In this document: piece by piece, positions 60,334-64,000 of the stretch
Position numbering within the stretch: position 1 is the stretch's first letter
Layout of the letters: the number at the start of each line of letters is the position of its first letter
From: Syntrophales bacterium
Lineage (GTDB): Bacteria > Desulfobacterota > Syntrophia > Syntrophales > UBA4778
Reading direction: 5' to 3'
NCBI GenBank assembly: GCA_963665615.2
Contig: CAXXQE010000006.1
Location: 62,001 to 126,000, forward strand
DNA length: 64,000 nt
Notes under the pieces: model-generated
The model's input: the letters and a program-made list of their open reading frames with translations, nothing else
Databases searched by the model: none
Told to the model about the DNA's origin: nothing
Translations under genes and position numbers: made by a program

Positions 60334-60358
60334 TTCTTCTCCTATTCCTCGAATTTAT

Positions 60359-60383
60359 GGGAGGGGGCAGATACCCCCCTCCC
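60359..60383. terminator. Intra-operon GC hairpin between DUF1329 and YCF48-like genes
   Basis: GGGAGGGGG...CCCCCTCCC stem without a clear U-tract. May be an mRNA stabiliser or partial terminator. Confidence 0.5.
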
Positions 60384-60450
60384 CATTTATTAATAAAGAT
60401 TAAACGTCTGCTTACCGCCTGTGTAATCCAACCAGGCAGGATGAAAACCC

Positions 60451-61845
60451 TTATCGAACACCTCGACCAGCCATAACTGACGGTGTCCACTGATCGTCAG
60501 CCAAATTCTTCTTGTAAACAGTACCACCTGTTTCAGCGGACAGCCCCTGGGCACACCAAATGCCTGTGATCAGGTCTTTCGTGAAACCGCACCACTCCAT
60601 GGGCGCCTGAATATCATAGTTAAATACGACCGGCATCCATCCCATACGATACAGTTTATTATTGTTGTCGTAGAGATCGGACATCAGGATTTGCCAGCTG
60701 TCTTCGTCGATATAATAAACTCTTTTTTTGTAGACATGACGGGCACCCGTCTTCAATGTGGCTTCTAATATCCAGACACGGTGCATTTCATAACGCATCG
60801 CATCTGAATTAATGAAGTTAGGCTGCATCAAATCTTTATCTTTAGTCCAGTACATTGCCTTGTACATATTGTAGGGAACAATCATCTGCTTCTTGCCAAG
60901 AAGCTTCCAGTCAAAACGTTCCGGCGAGCCAGTAAACATATACGTGTCGTCGGACGTGCTGGCGCCGGCAGTTCCTGTATTCGGAGTGTCAAATGTGAGT
61001 TGGGGAGCGAGTTTGACGCGCCTCTGACCCGGCAGATAGGACCAGACCGGCATCGGTTGTCTGTAATCGTTTACGAGATAAAACATCGTTCCCTCGCCGA
61101 CCCTGTTGGGTGGTCCAATGTTGTTATCGAAAACCATCATCATGCGGTATGTGTCTTTGCTATCGGGATCCCAGTATGCATACTGGCATGTGCCGAAGCC
61201 TTCGGCCGTACTGATCAAACGACCGGCACTGTTGACCAAGTATGCTCTATAGTGGTAGGTCTCCAAAGTTCCCGACCACCGTACCATGTGGTTCCAGAGG
61301 GCCTCGCTACCGCTCTTGGGCATTGGGAAGGGGATGCCCATATGCGCATCCTGCATTCTTCTGCCATCATCAGTTAAATGCGCTTTGACTGCACATTTTT
61401 TCGTGCCGTCTATAACAGCCTGTGAGTAACTCATCGATCGTCGGCTGGGATACACATTCATTTTGACTTCAGGATATTTGGCCATAACCGCTTTAAAGCC
61501 TTCACTCAGCTTATCCGCATACTGCGCCATGTTCTGAGCATTGATGGTATAGAGCATCTTGTCATCCGCAAATGGATCAGGACGAATTCCGATTTTCGTA
61601 TTCGGGTCCAATTTTGAAAATGGAACCTTCAGTTTTCCCTCATAGTACCAGCCATCCGGCCCCTTGGTAATGCCACCGGTCCAAGCTGGAATCGAACCAT
61701 CCTTGCTGCCGGCCTTTTCAGCACCGAACGGCGTTAAGGTCTGACCACCAAGCTGTGCAGCCTCCTGCTCCGTGATTGCGGCCATCGCAGAAACTGAAAG
61801 TGCCAATACCAGCAGGATACTGGCCATCAATAGTTTTCTTATCAT
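60451..61845 (-). CDS. DUF1329 family periplasmic protein
   Basis: LTPFGAEKAG..DGSIPAWTGG, GIPFP.PKSG.EALWNH, W.YLPGQRRV..AP, RYEMHRVW, RHVYKKR..YIDEDSW. Confidence 0.88.
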   Translation of the reverse strand: MIRKLLMASILLVLALSVSAMAAITEQEAAQLGGQTLTPFGAEKAGSKDGSIPAWTGGITKGPDGWYYEGKLKVPFSKLDPNTKIGIRPDPFADDKMLYTINAQNMAQYADKLSEGFKAVMAKYPEVKMNVYPSRRSMSYSQAVIDGTKKCAVKAHLTDDGRRMQDAHMGIPFPMPKSGSEALWNHMVRWSGTLETYHYRAYLVNSAGRLISTAEGFGTCQYAYWDPDSKDTYRMMMVFDNNIGPPNRVGEGTMFYLVNDYRQPMPVWSYLPGQRRVKLAPQLTFDTPNTGTAGASTSDDTYMFTGSPERFDWKLLGKKQMIVPYNMYKAMYWTKDKDLMQPNFINSDAMRYEMHRVWILEATLKTGARHVYKKRVYYIDEDSWQILMSDLYDNNNKLYRMGWMPVVFNYDIQAPMEWCGFTKDLITGIWCAQGLSAETGGTVYKKNLADDQWTPSVMAGRGVR

Positions 61846-61866
61846 TGTTAACTCTCCTTATATTTC

Positions 61867-63570
61867 TTAAAATGAATATTTAAAGGTCAATGCGATGTAG
61901 TCGCGGTCCCTCTTTAAGCCATAGTTGCCTCTGCCTACCGTTGACCCCGGCGTCGAGTCGTCGAGCTTCCCGAAGAGGTTCGCATAGGTCAGGGTCAAAT
62001 GGTACATTGACAGGTAATCAAATTGCAGTCCAAGGCTGAAACAGCCATCCCCTTCAGCCTGACCAGCTGCAACCGCCGAAACACCAAACAGCCCATATTC
62101 AAGGCTTATCGGAACGCTTAAATCGAGACCGGGAAGAACCTGCAGATACTGAGGCGTGAATCCCCAATGAGAGTTCATTGCTTCCCTGGTTGCGTGCCCA
62201 AAGGCATGGGAGTCCTCGCCGGCGAAGCTACCCTGCGGATCGCTTTCAACACTGTTGTAACGGCTGAAATCAAACTCCATGCTCCAGGAGCCGGCATCCC
62301 AGAGGGCCGACTTCTTCAGGAGTCCGATAAAGTTGAGCACGACATGCGTGGTTTCTCCGACCGCCCCAAGGACGTCACCGTCTTCAGGTAATGCTGCTTG
62401 GCTAAAAACAACCGTGGCGCCCGAGTTAAGGGGGGTGTGCCTGCGCAAACTGACCTCTGCCCCCATGGTCGAACCGCCCAGTACCCACAAGGAGGCCGGG
62501 AGGGTGGTTGAATAGCTTATCCCGTACAGATCGATATTGGATTTATAGGCGCAGTGATATGTCAATTCGCCCAGATTGAGGATAACCTGGGGCAGCTTGT
62601 CGGAATATTTTCTGTAATAGAGACCTAAGGTGGCATCCTTGCTCCACGGCGGATTATATTTAATCGCTACACCGAAGTCCCTATTCCTGGCTGCTTCGAT
62701 ATCCCTGCCATGCGTCGCGTAAAGGCCGGCCCCCAGCATAAGCGCACCTTCACCATTAAGGGCGATATCCGATGTGCCGAATAATGTGCCCGCATCGGGC
62801 GTGACGTCCCGTTGCCATTGCAAAAAGTATTGACCTGCAATTTGAAATTCAGGTGTAATCTGGGCGATGACACTGACAGCGTTTAAGGGGCGAAAAACTT
62901 CTTTCACTTCAGTACCCGGCATCACCGCCGCCTTCCCCAGATCCAGGGGCATCTGGGCATAGTTGATGCCGTGGAATGCATCGAACAGCGCTTCTCCCCA
63001 GGAATAAACGTGCCGACCTAGTTTGACGTAAATCGGAAATCCTGCGTCTATCGTGCCAAACACAAAGGCATCGAGCAGCTCCCCATAGGGACCGGCATAC
63101 CGACGGTCAGCATACTTGTAGAGCCTGTTGAGAGCCGGGCTACCGCTTTCATCGAGAAAGTTTGATGTGCCGACACTATCATTGTCGAAATGATCATGAT
63201 ATTGCTGATCATACCAGAAAGCCCCGCTCAGCCGGAATCCCAGTCCCTTCGGTTTCCATACCAGGTCTAGTTCCGTTAAGAGATCAAGCCGATTGCTCAC
63301 AATCCCCTTGTCAAAATTGCGATCCCCATCATCGTTGTTGACACTGCCAAGGAGTGAATCGTCCTGCGACGCTACACGATATTGTAAAAAATACCTTACC
63401 GTATTATCAAAGCGGAACTGCAAATCGTCGTTGCCGGTGTCTATGTTGAAAGCGAAAGCGCTGCTATACCCCATACAAATCATCGCTGATAATGCAAGCA
63501 TTGTGAGGGCAGTTTTAGCATGCACACAATTTAATATCCTTCTTTTGAAAACCCTGATGTATTCACCCAT
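61867..63570 (-). CDS. DUF1302 family outer-membrane beta-barrel protein
   Basis: Signal peptide, NNDDGDRNFDKG, ELLDAFV, GRH..SWGE, PGTEVKE, C-terminal DRDYIALTFKYSF ending in Phe. Confidence 0.87.
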   Translation of the reverse strand: MGEYIRVFKRRILNCVHAKTALTMLALSAMICMGYSSAFAFNIDTGNDDLQFRFDNTVRYFLQYRVASQDDSLLGSVNNDDGDRNFDKGIVSNRLDLLTELDLVWKPKGLGFRLSGAFWYDQQYHDHFDNDSVGTSNFLDESGSPALNRLYKYADRRYAGPYGELLDAFVFGTIDAGFPIYVKLGRHVYSWGEALFDAFHGINYAQMPLDLGKAAVMPGTEVKEVFRPLNAVSVIAQITPEFQIAGQYFLQWQRDVTPDAGTLFGTSDIALNGEGALMLGAGLYATHGRDIEAARNRDFGVAIKYNPPWSKDATLGLYYRKYSDKLPQVILNLGELTYHCAYKSNIDLYGISYSTTLPASLWVLGGSTMGAEVSLRRHTPLNSGATVVFSQAALPEDGDVLGAVGETTHVVLNFIGLLKKSALWDAGSWSMEFDFSRYNSVESDPQGSFAGEDSHAFGHATREAMNSHWGFTPQYLQVLPGLDLSVPISLEYGLFGVSAVAAGQAEGDGCFSLGLQFDYLSMYHLTLTYANLFGKLDDSTPGSTVGRGNYGLKRDRDYIALTFKYSF

Positions 63571-63815
63571 ACGACTCCTCCGTTTGAAAAACGTTAATCA
63601 ATAACCATTATAGAAACATTTCGCTTCTCATTATGATAAGGCCACCACTTCTCCTGAAGCACGCCGCCAACTGGAGAAGATGATGTCTTTATCCCCCCTG
63701 CCCCTTCCTTCCCTCCTTTCTTCTGAATTATTTTCCTGTTACGACTTCCCGCTTTTCATCCGCCCGTGCTGCGTCCATAGACAAATATCTTTCCCTGTCG
63801 TCTATTCTTCCGGGC

Positions 63816-64000
63816 CTATTCAGATTTATTCTTGAGCGGGCGCACCTTTGTTCCATCTGCAAGAACCCCGCATAAAACAATATATGCATCGCGATCAATC
63901 ATCGCCCTCGGAATTTGGGGCTTCGGAGCGATCAGCGATACAGCCTGCTTCGGGCAAATGGCGACGCATTTGCCGCAGCCATCGCAGTTGATCGTAAAAG
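63816..64000 (-). CDS. C-terminal fragment of a [4Fe-4S] protein (5' part outside the window)
   Basis: Manual translation from 63998: FTINCDGCGKCVAICPKQAVSLI...KNKSE*, containing CxxCxxCxxxCP. Confidence 0.7.
   Translation of the reverse strand, partial: FTINCDGCGKCVAICPKQAVSLIAPKPQIPRAMIDRDAYIVLCGVLADGTKVRPLKNKSE

Noticed and set aside
1..64000. CRISPR array, rRNA, prophage or integrase at the tRNA genes
   Set aside because: No regularly spaced repeats and no rRNA-like, phage or integrase genes were seen. No duplicated tRNA 3' end was noticed.

Overview
Bacterial chromosome segment, most likely from an anaerobic deltaproteobacterium (Desulfobacterota, Syntrophales-like). This assignment is inferred from gene content and repeat types. 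The first ~35 kb is GC-rich core genome: partial cmk, M48/M16/M20 peptidases, two radical SAM genes, phoH-7TM/HD-ybeY, mltD-like, prfB with its programmed +1 frameshift, lnt, corC-like, tRNA-Asp/Val/Leu and tig-clpP-clpX-lon. It also holds a six-gene cluster (SpoIID/LytB, AmpG-like, MurU-like, AmgK-like, GT2, DUF4922) that looks like an extended peptidoglycan-recycling pathway. From ~35.3 kb to the end lies a visibly more AT-rich catabolic island. It has a sigma-54 activator split by a 1-nt frameshift in an A7 run, a divergent sigma-54 promoter driving MaoC-MaoC-crotonase, and a long minus-strand run. That run contains a DUF1302-DUF1329-YCF48-RND uptake module, a CrtC/AttH-like hydratase, a thiolase-like protein lacking the canonical catalytic Cys, an SDR, a family III CoA-transferase, two phytoene-dehydrogenase-like flavoproteins and six paralogous Cys-rich 2x[4Fe-4S] proteins, plus a possible seventh Fe-S gene cut by the window edge. 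This island is the best candidate for an undescribed system: anaerobic uptake and redox activation of a hydrophobic, possibly isoprenoid or steroid-like, substrate. Non-coding structure includes an exact 350-bp direct repeat flanking one Fe-S gene, two MITE-like inverted-repeat elements (one with a target duplication that rewrites the murU C-terminus) and four copies of a REP-like dispersed repeat. No CRISPR array, rRNA or transposase gene was seen. All family assignments come from motif recognition by eye; no searches were run.
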